DNA of 60,591 bases, filler included, from Dugesia japonica (GCA_001938525.1; 5 parts of 5 records of this genome joined end to end with filler, not necessarily neighbours in it), one strand, 5' to 3'; positions 1 through 13,221 are shown, numbered from the whole stretch's first letter. The notes: generated from the sequence alone by a model not told the origin. Translations and numbers: made by a program.

Positions 1-352
1 AATTTTCTGGATCAAATGCCACACAATAATAAACTTAGTATTATTTATTTGAAAACTGAATATTTTACCCTGACACCACAACTTCATCAAAATTTTCTTT
101 TTGAGGAAATATTGATATTTCCTTTAAGTTTCTTTTCATTTTTTAATTAAATTTCATTACGTAAATAAAAAAGTTGGTATAAAAACAGGTTAAGAAAGTG
201 TGAAATGTTTTCCAAGGTACCGAAAACCTCTAATTACGCTACTGCATGCTTGGAATTTTTGATTTATGCAACATAAATAACCATAAATAAAATTAACTAA
301 TATATAAAACAATATACACTCATTTTTTTAAAAAAATGCTTGTATATTAAAA

Positions 353-692
353 GTTATGTAATCAATTATGTAATCTCTTCAATAAATCAAATTAATTTAA
401 AACATTCAATAAAGATTTAGAAAGACCAGTTTGNNNNNNNNNNNNNNNNNNNNNNNNNNNNNNNNNNNNNNNNNNNNNNNNNNNNNNNNNNNNNNNNNNN
501 NNNNNNNNNNNNNNNNNNNNNNNNNNNNNNNNNAAAAAACTTTAAAGATTATCGGTAGCGGGGTATGTGTGCAGCATTGATGATTACAACAATTTATCCA
601 AAATCAATGTTCAAACTGGTCTTTCAAAATCTTTTTTGAATGTTTTTAATTAATTTTATTTATTGAAAAGATTACATAATTGATTACATAAC
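353..692. mobile_element. MITE-like element with ~80 bp terminal inverted repeats (N gap inside); a second, truncated copy at ~13170-13221
   Basis: GTTATGTAATCAATTATGTAATC...GATTTAGAAAGACCAGTTTG (353-433) is the near-exact reverse complement of CAAACTGGTCTTTC...GATTACATAATTGATTACATAAC (612-692). The same arm recurs at 13173-13221. Confidence 0.7.
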
Positions 693-734
693 CATAATTT
701 CTAATAATATATAAAAATACAAGAATTTTAAAAC

Positions 735-1175
735 CTTATCTTGTAACCAAAGTGCCGTATAACGACTCAGCTTTTTTAGAAATTCAATAACACTTTTGTT
801 GAGATAATTTATTTTTTGATGAAAAACGGTTTCGGGTTCTCTGATTTCTTTATATCTTTCCAAATCAAGTAGATGAGAAAAATAAAATGGAGTATCACTA
901 TTCTCCAATCGTACTGGTGGACATGTTTTACAAGTTCCTCTTTTCCATCGAATAAAATATCTAGTACTAAAAATTTAAAATTAATCTTTTTGAAATTATC
1001 AATAAATTCTTAACCATTCAAGACAACCTTTAATCGTTTGAGTTAACCATTTGTACAAATCACTTCCAACCGGATGTAAAACTACATCGGCATTAATAAG
1101 AATAGCATCAACATAGAAAAAAATATCTTTTCCCGACAATCCATTAATAAAAGCCCATAAATTTCTCGTAACCAT
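735..1175 (-). CDS. DNAH10: Axonemal dynein heavy chain (DNAH10-like, N-terminal tail region), exons 1015-1175 and 735-966
   Basis: Spliced via a 48-nt GT-AG intron: MVTRNLWAFINGLSGKDIFFYVDAILINADVVLHPVGSDLYKWLTQTIKGCLECTRYFIRWKRGTCKTCPP...LSRYTALWLQDK. This resembles the DNAH10 segment ...ILHP...TKHFVRWMNGSCIECPP...RYRPLWKLDK as I recall it. Splice phases are consistent. Confidence 0.8.
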
Positions 1176-1369
1176 CTAATATTAAAACAATCATAAATAT
1201 TTTAATTATTAAAATTCATTTTACAATGAATATAATTTGAACTAACTGAGAATTTTGTTACATTATGTAAAAAGTTTAGATATTCAATGTAAAGTTACTG
1301 AAGCAAGAATTATTAAATTTCAAATAAATTCAGATATTTTGAAATTAATGGATATCTTATCTTTTTATT

Positions 1370-1750
1370 TTATAAAAATAAAAGAACACCATTTAATAAA
1401 TATTTATTTGAAATAAATTTCGACGGAATAATATTGTTGTGCATCGAAGAAAATGTGAAAATTCAATAGGGTTTTCTTACTTTAAAATCTTGTGCAGTGG
1501 ATTTGATAATTATTGGTAAAGAGTGATGTGTGAAGCTTTGTTGATAAGGACTTTAAATCCTAATATTAATGTTCAGTTGATGGATTCAACATTGCTCCTA
1601 AAATGATTTTATTGATTAATCGTTGAGATTACATAATCAATAAAAATTTGTAAATAGTTTGTTTTAATAATCTTTGATTGCCTGAGGTTATTCCGTCGAA
1701 ATTAATAGCAAGTAAATACTTTATCATATGGCGTTCTTTTATTTTTATGA
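1370..1750. mobile_element. Degenerate MITE-like inverted repeat pair
   Basis: AAAAGAACACCAT...AATTTCGACGGAATAA (~1380-1431) versus TTATTCCGTCGAAATT...ATGGCGTTCTTT (~1688-1740). Confidence 0.5.
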
Positions 1751-2684
1751 AAACATTGTCAATGGTTTTTGAGTTTTTATTTCATAATTATATATTTACA
1801 CTTTTCACAATTTAGTAAGTATTATTTCAAATTTACTAAGTACTTGGTTTATTAGGAAATTTTTGGTTTTCTTATTTTTTTATTTAATTTTTTTTAATTA
1901 CAATTATTACTAGAATAATTATTGGACTTTATCATTGATCGAATTTTAGAAGTTTCAAAAAATTAAAAATTTAATTTGTTATGTTAAAATTAATTTAAAA
2001 AATAGATTTAAAATGTTCTAATTTATTGTACTTAAATAATTCATTGTAATTAAGCATTTTTTTAAAAAAATTTTAGAACTTCTTGAAGAAAAAAGTATTT
2101 ATATTTTAAAACAACAAACATGATGGATAGTAAATATTGATATCATCAAAACAATTCTTCAAATGATAATTTTTATCCTATTCAACCATTCCAGAAAAAG
2201 CTATTTTTATCTGATGCAATTTGGTGGACTTATTTAGAATCAAATTAGTAGTGAGAATATTTTTCAATTCGGATTTGACATGAGAAAAATTAATGGAAAC
2301 CTAAAGTAAAATTTCCTTTTTTTTAAAATTCCTTTGTTCAGTTTTTTAACTTTTTTACAAAATTTTATTTACATGAAGAAATTAACCTGCAATAAAGAAA
2401 TTTAATTTATGATTCATATTAAAATTATTTAATACTGATTTTGTGGCAAACACTATTAATATGCATTTCGCTCTGTTATTTCTAATAATAAAGTAACAGC
2501 TAAATCATATTTAATTTTTTTTGCATTGTCTTTTTTTATAGCTTATATGTTATACATATACATATTTCGTACTTAAAACTATATAAATAAATTTTAATGA
2601 TTATTGCCAATTTCTTCCTTAATTCTAAATAATCTATGATTTTCTTTCCAACGTATACCATATTTTCGGAAGACAAAGTATTCT

Positions 2685-2938
2685 TATTATTATATATTAT
2701 ATTATATTTAGGGCTGCAAACGATTAATTTAAGTTTAATAGTTAACTTTTGATAAATTAACGATTAATTAAGACAAAGTATTCTTATTATTATATTATAT
2801 TATATTATGTTATATTATATTAAATTATATTATATATTATATTATATTATATTATATTATATTATATTATATNNNNNNNNNNNNNNNNNNNNNNNNNNNN
2901 NNNNNNNNNNNNNNNNNNNNNNTATATTATATTATATT
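2685..2938. repeat. (ATTAT)n microsatellite with a duplicated copy of the hAT left end at 2709-2770
   Basis: Direct reading. The block AGACAAAGTATTCTTATTAT...TAGGGCTGCAAACGAT is repeated on either side of the N gap. Confidence 0.75.
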
Positions 2939-4763
2939 TAGGGCTGCAAACGATAAATTTAAATTTAATAGTTAACTTTTGATAAATTAACGATTAATTA
3001 ATAGTTAATTTCGATTAAACCATGAAAACAAAAACTTTAGTCACATGAGTCACATTTATAATTGTATTTGTCGAAAATCGAAATAACACTGAATTAGCTT
3101 GCTCATATGTCATCTAATAACCAACAACGCAAACAGACGAGCATGTTGACAGTATATGGTTCAAATGATGAGCGAGTCTTATTAACAATATAACCAGCAG
3201 TGCTAAAAAGTCGTTCACATGGAACTGAAGTAGATGGTATGCACAGAATAGTCTTGGCAAGGAATGCTAATCTGAGATATCGATGTTCATTAAGTTTCCA
3301 CTATGGTAGAGGGTCAACTAATTTACCAACTTTCTTCTCCATTTTATAACGCAGTAATTCAGCAGTAACAGATGCTGCATTGAATCTGGCTATGTAGCCC
3401 AGATCATCATCACGTACAGTCATGTGCTTTGTCAACGATGATAGCAGTGGCAATACACAGCTACATGAAACATAATCTTCACCACCAAGCAGGACCATGG
3501 ACTGCCAGAATAAGTCCAAAACTTTGACATATTTTGAAATCTTCTCCCAATCTGAATCTGACAGTTTTGGACCTTTGTATTGCTTCTTTTCATGTGACAT
3601 GTAGAAAGTGAGTGCTTCGATGGCCTGCAAAAGACTCTGCAGCATAGTAAAAATACTGTTCCACCTTGTTGGTACATCTTGTTGCAGCTTACACAATGGT
3701 GACTCAGTACAATTTTCCAAATCAGTTGTGTTTGCAGCACTATGTCTAAAATGTCCGACAATTTTTCGACATTTGCCAAACAATGTTTCAGTATCAGCGA
3801 CTTTAAATCCATGCAATATGCTTAGCTGTAGACTATGAGCCAAACATGGAATATTAGCAAAACCAGTTTTATCAACAGCCCAAACCATATTTCTTGCTTT
3901 ATCTGTAACTAGAGCCTGAATCCTGATCTTTATATCCTAGTCTGATGCAAACTGTTTATATAACTCGGCAACATTGTCAAAATAATGACGTTTGACAACA
4001 TTCACACATTCAAGAACAACACTTTTCAACTTCCAGTAATCAGTAATCCAATGGCCAGTGATTCAACAATAGCTTTCGTTGCCTATAGATGTCCAAAAAT
4101 CAGTTGTCAGTGCAACTCCCTTTGCGTTTTTCACTGATTCTTTAACACTTTGAATCTTGCTGTTATACTTAGCAACCAACAGTTTGTCAATAGTGGGGCG
4201 GGACAGTAGCTTATATTCAGTATTTTCCAATGCTGTCCGTAATACTTGTTGAACGCCGTCATCATGTACTATTGATATTGGTCTGCCACTACTAGCAATC
4301 CAGTTTGCAAGTGATGCTTGAATATCATCCTGTAATGCAGCACTTATTGGACGATCAGACGGACAACAAAAATGAATCAAAGTAGCCTGTTTCGAAGTAG
4401 ATGACGATGCTGCAGTAGACTGTCGGAGCTGAAGTTTCTGATACTGTAGTGGATGTTTGTTTTGGAGATGGTAAGTAAGCGAGGTGTTAGAACCATGATA
4501 GGCAAACGATTTATCACAATGAACTCAATAAACCATTTCAGCATTTTCAATATTTCCATCAGTCAATACTTTAAACCCAAAATGTTCGAATAATCGTCCG
4601 GAAATTTGTTTATATTTCTCCGCTGCAATATTTTTATTTCTAGACTTCCGGTACATTTGTAAGTGATGGTGAAAAAAATTTAGAGTAATAGTTAAAATAA
4701 ATTTAATTGTTAATAAAAATTAACGATTAATAGACAAATTAATAATTAAATTCTACAACCTTA
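2939..4763 (-). mobile_element. hAT (ZBED1/Ac-like) DNA transposon, decayed transposase
   Basis: Imperfect TIRs TAGGGCTGCAAAC / TTCTACAACCTTA. Near-perfect 8-bp TSD ATTATATT/ATTATAAT. Transposase fragments: BED finger (HCDKSFAYHGSNTSLTYHL), ALTTDFWTS, VTDKARNM, CLAHSLQL, DVPTRWNS, and C-terminal STSVPCERLFSTAG dimerisation motif. Contains stops and frameshifts. Confidence 0.9.
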
Positions 4764-5049
4764 ATTATAATTATTATATATGTTGGGCAAAAACGCCGTA
4801 TTTCGAACGAGTTAAATAATGAAAAATAACGAAAAAAATAATACAAATGAAATGAGAACACGAAATACCCGAATAATGAAGAAGAGAATCCGTTGAAGAA
4901 TAAAAACAACTGCTAGACCGGACAATATCATAATTATTACGTTATTATTATTACGGTCATTATTATCATCATAATTATNATATTGTCATTATTATGAGGC
5001 TATTTCAGTTAAGAAAGAAAAGGAAAATTGAGCATAGAGGACCCATATT

Positions 5050-6570
5050 TAGGGTTTTTCAAAACTGTTAAACTTTAACAATAAAACAGCTATTTTTTGG
5101 CTGTTTTTGGAAGTCAAAAATTAAAAAATTTTCTCAATACAAATAATTTGTTATTTAAACAGTAATGATGATTAGAAATGAATTTTTGTAATGATATAAT
5201 ATAAATTTAACTTAATGGAAATTAAAATTTTGAATATTTTTAAAATCCTCTGATTTCAAATAACTACAAAAGTAAGTGAAAATATAAATTGAATAACTTT
5301 TATATTAATAAATAATTTGTTGTTACCAGCAATTTCATCGGTATGAGAATATTCCACAAAGGTAAAAAAAACCCAGAAACCAAAGAGCTAGAAGCTCAAT
5401 GTAAACGATGCAATAAAATTATCAAATATTCAGGGAACTCAACAACATTTAAAACTCATCTTAAGAAACATGGTATGATATCGATAAGTCCTCATAAAAC
5501 ACAACATCCAAAGAACTTCCAAGCGAAAAGGGAACAAAAATTATAACAAAAATAATCATAAGGAAATTATAACAATAGAGCAATCACAAGAAATAATTAT
5601 ATAAGAAGATCGATTCCTCGTGCCGGATATAGGGTTCCTGCTTCTGAACGTGATGTAATAAAACTAGTTTACGAAGATTATGAAGAAAAGAGAAATAAAA
5701 TAATTGCAACCATAAAGGAAAAGCTTGAAAATAGAGTAAAATTTAACATGTGTTGACGAGTACACAACAGTGAGAGGAAGACGATTTTTTGTCGTTAATA
5801 TTCATAGCAGTGGTGAAAGAGCTACAATAAAAACTGGTATTGTGCGTATCCTTCGTGCATGCTCTGCTCTTGATATGTTTGAGGCCATGGACAATCATTT
5901 GGTTGGATTTGGCTAAATTTAGCTTAAGATATTGTTGGATCAACGTGGGACGGTGCTGCTGTCAATAACAAATATATTCTACATATTGATGTAATAAGAT
6001 AATTTTGCTTAAATCATGCTTTGCATTTAGGAGTTTGTGATACATTATATAAAAGAAAAATTCAAGAGGATGAGGATGATGATGATCAGATTATGGATAG
6101 TAATAAAATTGATGATATTGATGAAATTGGAATATTTGATGATGGAATGGATATATAAATGTTAAGTAATGATTCAATAGAGCAAGAAATGTATTATCAC
6201 AATCTATTAGAGAAGACAAGGAAACTTGTTAGCTTTATCAAAAACTACGGTTCGCAATTATGTGGAACGCGTATTTTCAGTATGCAGTAACTTTTGCACT
6301 AAAATAAGATCACGCCTTTCTGATAGACCACTTCAAGCTCTTGTGTATTTAAAATACTATTATAAGAAGTAAAAATGTAATAGTTAAACGATGCTTTTTA
6401 TATATGATAAAATAAAATGTTAGTTTGCAATAAAATGTTGTCTTTTACTTTAAGAAATTTGAGAAAAATAAAAAACCGTAAAAACAGCTGGTTTTTTCTA
6501 AAAATAAAAACAGTAACAGCTGTTTTTTTGAAAACCACTGTTTTTGAAANNNNNNNNNNNNNNNNNNNNN
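5050..6570 (+). mobile_element. Internally deleted hAT transposon (BED finger, DDE remnants, dimerisation domain)
   Basis: Left end TAGGGTTTTTCAAAAC; right end ...TTTTTGAAA next to the gap. Fragments CKRCNKIIKYSGNSTTFKTHLKKHG, VDEYTT, DGAAVN, CLNHALHLGVCDTLY, VERVFSVCSNFCTKIRSRLSD. Confidence 0.8.
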
Positions 6571-7177
6571 ACAAATTTTCGAATTTAAATATTGTATAAG
6601 AAAATGTATTAAAAGTAACAATACAATATTATAATAATATGTTAGAAGGACTTTTGTGGCCATCGTATTTACTTTAATAATTATAATTTGATATTTTTCA
6701 TATATAATTAATGTTATTACAACATTAATTAATCGGTTCAGTCACTAGTTAGTTTAGATTTTCCAAAATCCAAGATAACGAAAATTTAAAAATTGAAATT
6801 GCTGATTAAACAAAGGCCACCAACAAGACAATGCGAATTTGGTTTTCCAAATTCGCTGTCAATCATAGCTGGGTGAGACAATGCATTTTTCAATTTTCAT
6901 GCCCACAAAACAGCAGGTAGTGTCACAAATTAGTGGTTAAAATAATATCGAGACGAAAGATGGTTAGTGGACCAATAAAATCAGTCAAACAGTTAACATC
7001 AGGTGTATCAAAAACAGGTGCAGAAGGAGAAGAGAGCTAATTTTCTATAGAGAATTTTTACACAATTTTTTGGTAATTGCAAACAACGAGAAGAAAGTAA
7101 TTTTGTTTTTTAGACATAATAAAATGTATAAACTCGAGTGACCAGCCTAACGATTGTGCTCCTTCTGAAATTAATGA

Positions 7178-7407
7178 GTTTAATGAGAAATATTCTGTGA
7201 TTGAAAGAGAGAATGTCAATAAAGTTTAGTGAGAAATATCATACAGTTGTTTATATAGTTTAATGAGAAATATTCTGCGATTGAAAGAGAACATGTCTAT
7301 AAAGTTTAGTGAGAAATATCATACAGTTGTTTATATAGTTTAATGAGAAATATTCTGCGATTGACAGAGAGAATGTCAATAAAGTTTAGTGAGAAATATC
7401 ATACAGG
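7178..7407 (+). repeat. 80-bp tandem repeat, about 3 copies
   Basis: GTTTAATGAGAAATATTCTGYGATTGA...GAGAAATATCATACAG starts at 7178, 7258 and 7338. Confidence 0.85.
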
Positions 7408-8570
7408 TGAAAGTGAACATGTTTATAAAGCTTCCTGAAATATGTCATGAAATTGAACGAGAAAATCATTGGGAAAGTTGAACAGAGAAAATGTTTATGC
7501 AAACGTTTTAAGAAAAGCAAATTACGCTGAACGGAAAGAGAAAATAACTATAGCAGAATATAAAAATATAAATGAATAAAATATTGCTTGAAAATTTATT
7601 GCAGATCACTGAAACAGAAATAAATAAAAGTTTGTTCGAAATTTCATCGCAAATTAAAGAAGTAGTTGGAAATAACGAGATAACCAATCCAGCTTTGAGT
7701 TGTATCCCAGATTGAAACAATATTTAAAATTTAGTGATATGGATTTTAAATTTTGTTACCTTAAATCCTGGGAGCTCGGTCATACGTGTACGACTTCATT
7801 ACGTCATTTTATTAATTAATTGTACAGTTTTGCGATTATATTGAGGAAAATGTATTACTTAAATTTGTAAATTTTATTTATTAATTTTTTATCAAAATTT
7901 TAGTAATGGTTTTAATTTATTGTTTATAACTTTCTAATTTTATAATTTTCTAATTAAACTATTTTTAAAAGAGTTCGTATTAGAAAATTGTCGACTGAGT
8001 TAAACCGGACTTCATTAGTCATTGATTACCCCGTGAAAATGAATTGAACTGAATGAATCTAACTTGGGATTGAAATTGTATCTTAAGGAATTTCTTGCGA
8101 GAGCTCCGTAAATGTGTGGACGAGAAAAGATGACTGGAATTAGCGGGCATCTTCCNNNNNNNNNNNNNNNNNNNNNNNNNNNNNNNNNNNNNNNNNNNNN
8201 NNNNNNNNNNNNNNNNNNNNNNNNNNNNNNNNNNNNNNNNNNNNNNNNNNNNNNNNNNNNNNNNNNNNNNNNNNNNNNNNNNNNNNNNNNNNNNNNNNNN
8301 NNNNNNNNNNNNNNNNNNNNNNNNNNNNNNNNNNNNNNNNNNNNGAGCAAAATATTGGTTGTCACAAACACCTATGCAAATAAAAGACGCGATACAGCAA
8401 AGTCGCGCTGAACTCGGAAAGAAGGGGCATGACACAGAGGTGTCATAAATACTTGAGAGTTTTAGATATGCCCCTAGACCATAGTGAAATCATTATCAAT
8501 CAGTGAGATTGATCAACATCAGAGAATTTAGACGAGTATATTAAAACAACAAAAGCCAAAAACCCCAACA

Positions 8571-8705
8571 TATTATATTATATTATATTTAGTTATATTA
8601 TATTATATTATATTATGTTATATTATATTATATTATATTTTGTTATATTATTAAATATTAAATTATGAATTATAATTTATTATACTATATTATTATATTA
8701 TATTC
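8571..8705. repeat. (TATTA)n microsatellite
   Basis: Direct reading. Confidence 0.85.
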
Positions 8706-9077
8706 TATTTAAATTTATTTAAAATAAGAATAAGATCAAAAATCTATTTTTAATATTAAATAGATTAATAAAAAAAGAAATTTTTAGAAAAAAAATTGAA
8801 AATTCATTCAACAAATGATGAATTATTAAATATTTATTTACTAAGAGAAATAATAAAAATTATTATAATTTCTCTTTTCGTTGAGATTAGAATTTTTGAA
8901 AATGTAAATTTCTACTTATAAATAATTAAAAAGTTTGATTTGTAAAATAAATGTGTTAGAATACTCCATTTTTTAAAATTTCCTTATTTCCTAAATGAAT
9001 ATAACAAAAAACTCTTTTCAAAATTATACAGATTGAAATAACAACTCAAAGTTCAGTTATTGTAATTTAAAACTAAC

Positions 9078-9454
9078 ATTAATCAATCCTTTACATAATT
9101 GACTTTCATATCTGTAATAAAGTTCATTCATTAATGGACATTCACTAGTTTTCGTATTATATAAACTCTCTTCCAATCTTTGAAGTATACTGAATAGTTC
9201 ATTATTTATTTTTGTCGCCAAAATTTCGCATTCATTTTCTCGACTTTGTTCAGCATAATCAATGAACTCCTATAACAGATTTTATTATATTCATGTTTTA
9301 GTTTATTTATTACTTTAGCCGATGGAATATAACCATCTGTAAATCCAGAACGTCTTTTAAATAAATTCACTTTTTTTAATCGTGAAATTGCTTTTTCTAT
9401 TTGTTTATCACATTTTTCTAAATCAAACAGTTTATTTTCCACAGTTGTAAGAGC
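9078..9454 (-). CDS. DNAH10: DNAH10-like dynein heavy chain, exons 9314-9454 and 9078-9269
   Basis: 44-nt GT-AG intron (9270-9313). Spliced ALTTVENKLFDLEK...VNLFKRR...PSAK|EFIDYAEQSRENE...LYNTKTSECPLMNELYYRYESQLCKGLIN joins in phase 0 to the 1175 exon and is colinear with the DNAH10 tail. Confidence 0.75.
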
Positions 9455-9955
9455 CTTTAAAATAAAATAAATAGCAATTGAATCTTTATTATGATTATTA
9501 TTATTTGATTAAATTAAATTAGAAATGTTTATAAATTTTCCAATATTTATTTACGAAAATATTACTAAAATATAAAATACGAAAGGGTAAATTTTATCGA
9601 AAATATAATGGAACAAGATTAAATAATAAAATGAAAATTTTTGTAAAAATTTTAAACGTTTCTAAGATTTGTTTTAATGAATTATAATATTGCTTTAAAT
9701 AAAAGTCAATACAGTATTACTCAGCAAATATTTCATTTTGTACTATCTAATCTTAGTAATAGTTGATATTCTATCATTTTCAAATTATTGATTTGTGATT
9801 GGTCAATAATATATGATTCAATCGATAACGATTCAAATTTAATTATGAATGATCAAAATATTATATAAAGATATTGGGAATTTCATTGGAATTTTAAGAA
9901 AGTTTTTAATACAAAATTTTAAAATAATAATTCAATAGTTTTACAATTTTTTCTA

Positions 9956-12220
9956 TTGGTTGTCAGTTAAGTTCGAGCACATTTTCAGTATGTGGAATTA
10001 AAACAGGGTTTTATAAATACGAATGATTGAAAACAAGTCACATATTTTCATATTCTAAAAGATAAATGATATATGTGAGTTAATAAAGATAACACGATTT
10101 ATTAAAATAATCATCGAATGTATTACGCCAATTTAAATATAGAAGAAAATAAAATTCGTTATAAGCGTTTGATGCCTTGCATTTACCGGGAACGTAAAAT
10201 CGCCACAAACATCAAACAAAATATGCGCTGTTTATGGTATAATTGTTTTTATCTGAAATAACTGTAGAAGTAGAATGTTTTATAAACATCGCTTTTATGA
10301 CCCATCGAGGCGACAATATTTTATATGCCAGTCTTCATTCGAAAAAAGTTATGCTCTGTATCTGGTGGGACTGGCAAGGAATTTGGTTTTATGAGTTTCT
10401 ACCAAATATTCTATAAATTCCGAATAGTACTAAAGACAAATAAAACAAACAAATTAAAAGAAAACGTCGGAAGGAAGTCGTGTTTCATTAGGACAATGCG
10501 CGCTCTCATTTGTCTTTGGCTAGTAAAAAAGTGTCTGGAGTTCCCATCATTCTAATTCATCAGATATTGAACCCATAGATTTCCACTTATTTAGGTATTT
10601 GCAAAAAAATAAATTGTAGAATGTTGCGTGAAAGATGGAAAAAGTTTGTAAACAAAATGATAACTATGTAATTTAATGAATGTATATTGAAATTTACAGA
10701 GGTTTGAATCTTTATATTAACAAAATAAAACAATGAATTCAGGATTTTATTTGTTAATAATAGCTAAAAAATACCAAAAACAATCATTGGAATGAAAGAT
10801 TGTAACGTACATGCTTTTTCAATCCATTCTCTAGTAAGATGAAAGAAACCCAAACAAAATTATTTTGAAATATTTCATTCAGACACTCATCAATCGATTC
10901 AGAATGTTGTCGTGAAGCAGTGAATCGGTTTTTATCATGGAAAACTTCTCTGTTTGGTTTAATTGAGGATTGTAAGGTGATAGGTATTTGAAAAAATTTT
11001 AATTTCAAGTAAAATATTCTCAATAGCCGCGCTGTGATAAAACTTTAAAATTTTACTCGGATTCTTTCTAAAATAAGGGATGAGATTTGATTCAAAAAAA
11101 TTAAGAAATATTTCGAAATTAAACGCTCCTCTTTTAACTTGAAATCCCACAACACTACTGGCATTCATTATACATAAACAACTAAGATTTATACCTTCAT
11201 TAGCACCTACATTGAGATATGCTTTTTGATTTATCGCGGAATGGCCATATTTCCTGTTTGTGTGATTATTAAATCCATACTCATCTAAAAAACGAAATTT
11301 TCATTAGGTATTCTAGTGATCGCATTCGCAAATATGGCTCTTTCATTGATTCTTGCAGAAAGATTTAGTTAGCTTGTTTATTTGGCACGATAAAAGAGTG
11401 GTGACATTTATTTCATCTTTTAAAAATATAGAAGAGACATTAAAAAAGTCAATTTCTTTCAATGGGAATAAGAAACAACCGTTTTCTAGTTATACCAATC
11501 TTTTTGAATTTCCTGTATATTGTTGAAACGAACTTAGAAATGTTATGATATTCATTTAATTTCGCTTGAACATCGATAATATCAAGGAATTATTTTTTGA
11601 AATTAAATAATTTAAAATTAATTCTGTATTAGATAGTATAAAATTTCTTCTTCTAATAGTTTCACTTCTTTTCTCCCTTTGTTGATTAATTTGATCAATA
11701 ACCTTTGCAACAGTTTGTCTACATAGACCAAAATCATCTGTTATTTGAGATATTTTATATTCTCCTTGTGAGATATGACTAAGAATATTATTGACCTTTA
11801 TATAAGTACATCGACATATGTATGTGATAATGGGTGAATGCGTAATTGACTGTTTGAATGTTTGTATGATTTTAGTGCTCAGACATTATTGCATAACTGA
11901 TTCTTCAAAAGCTATAAATATTTGTTACAATGTCATTTTGTGTTTAGAATATATATTTTATGCTTAATTCGTTTTCCAAGTCTAACACTCCTGAAGTCAT
12001 TTTTCGTTTGATATTAATCATAAGTTTTTTTTAGTAATTTCCTTTCTTTGTTTTCTTGTCATATGGATGTGGTAATAAAATAAAATAATTGATAATATTT
12101 TAATCTATAAAATTGTTAATATTAAAATGCAAAATTGTTAATATAAAAATGTAAAACTCTGTAAATCTGTTACTTTGGAATTTTCATTACAAATCGAAAC
12201 GAAATTTCCAGACAACCCAA
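9956..12220 (+). mobile_element. Decayed mariner element with a nested IS630-Tc1 element
   Basis: TA-flanked TIRs TTGGTTGTC / GACAACCCAA. Remnant KKVMLCIWWDWQG and a degenerate YSPDIAP-type motif (~10550-10590). Confidence 0.65.
10745..12150 (-). mobile_element. IS630-Tc1-type (DDE) transposase pseudogene nested in the mariner
   Basis: Fragments FLDEYGFN, GAFNFEIFLNFF, YLSPYNPQLN (cf. LPPYSPQLNPIE). Many stops. Confidence 0.65.
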
Positions 12221-12365
12221 TAAATATCTTAAAGATTATTAGAAAACAAAATTATAGACATTTACAATTCCATATTTACATCAAAAATTAAAATTTTAAA
12301 TCTATATGAGATTAAATCATAAATTATATACTATGTTAATATATTATTAAATATAAAATCTCAAC

Positions 12366-12615
12366 TGTATCGCAAAGTGAGATATATTCATCAAATGGTA
12401 AACTGTCCCAGTTCAACATAAATGTTCCTCTATCGAGAATAGTAAGTAATATTTCCAATGAATCTTCTAACATCACAATCTATAATAAACAAAATAAAAA
12501 AATTATTTATTAGTATTACACAAATTACACTTAAACTGTTTATTGAAGACCGTATTTTGTCATAGCGTTCGAGAATTGTTTCAAGAGATAAAATTGTTTT
12601 TGCGAAATGAGATTC
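12366..12615 (-). CDS. DNAH10: DNAH10-like dynein heavy chain, exons 12529-12615 and 12366-12479 (5' part of gene lost at contig end)
   Basis: 49-nt GT-AG intron. ESHFAKTILSLETILERYDKIRSSINSLS|IVMLEDSLEILLTILDRGTFMLNWDSLPFDEYISLCDT contains the dynein tail G-x3-LNWxSL motif. Phase 0 into the 9454 exon. Confidence 0.75.
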
Positions 12616-13221
12616 CTAAATTAGAAAGATGAAAAACAAAAACCTGTAAAACTAAATACAAAGAATAATTAAATTTAAACATCGTTTTTGATATTTTTTT
12701 AAAATAAAATATAAAGAATAAATTATAGAAAATAACGGAAAGTGTTGACTAAATCATTGAGATTATTAAAATTATTAATAATTTTGAGTGATTCGTAGAA
12801 TGAAAATGCAATATTTTTATTGAAATTATTTTATGTGAGGATAATTAGTAAATAATAATATTGGGATCATAGTAGAAATAGTTCAATATTAACTGAAATT
12901 CAAAACATCAACAGGAAATGTTGTAAAAATACTGTATGATTACATTTGTTAGCTATTTTTATAGTCGCTGTTAGATGAGTCTAAGATACTCACCGTTGAA
13001 TTTTAAAAAGTTTTTGAATCCATGAAATATTTTTTTAAAAAATAAAAGATGAAGAGTTAACAATTTAAAGAAGCAATATTGGTGAACATAATATTAATTG
13101 TAAATCAGTTATCATTAAAAATAATTTTAAAATTTCGTGCATCGATAATCAATTGATCCAAAAATTATTGTTCAAACTGGTCTTTCTAAATCTTTATTGA
13201 ATGTTTTTAATTAATTTGTTT

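Larger units (their letters stand above)
4781..8570. mobile_element. LTR-like element bounded by TGTTGGG...CCCCAACA, embedded in ATTAT microsatellite and interrupted by a hAT element
   Basis: Inverted termini TGTTGGG (4781) / CCCAACA (8570) flanked by TATTA repeats. Non-coding interior with an 80-bp tandem repeat. The same AAAACCCCAACA end occurs at 38213-38224. Confidence 0.5.

Noticed and set aside
1-140. Next DNAH10 exon
   Set aside because: The possible minus-strand frame (MKRNLKEISIFPQKENFDEVVVS) does not resemble the sequence expected after WLQDK; left uncalled.
7178-7407. Repeat array as a CRISPR
   Set aside because: Whole 80-bp units are tandemly repeated with no unique spacers; eukaryotic context and no cas genes.
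8015-8435. ORFs containing long X runs (also 29857-30171, 27018-27218, 43334-43537, 42157-42363)
   Set aside because: They are open only because N gaps contain no stop codons.
9206-9442. ORF-track protein as a stand-alone gene
   Set aside because: It reads through a 44-nt intron; the spliced product is part of the dynein heavy chain.
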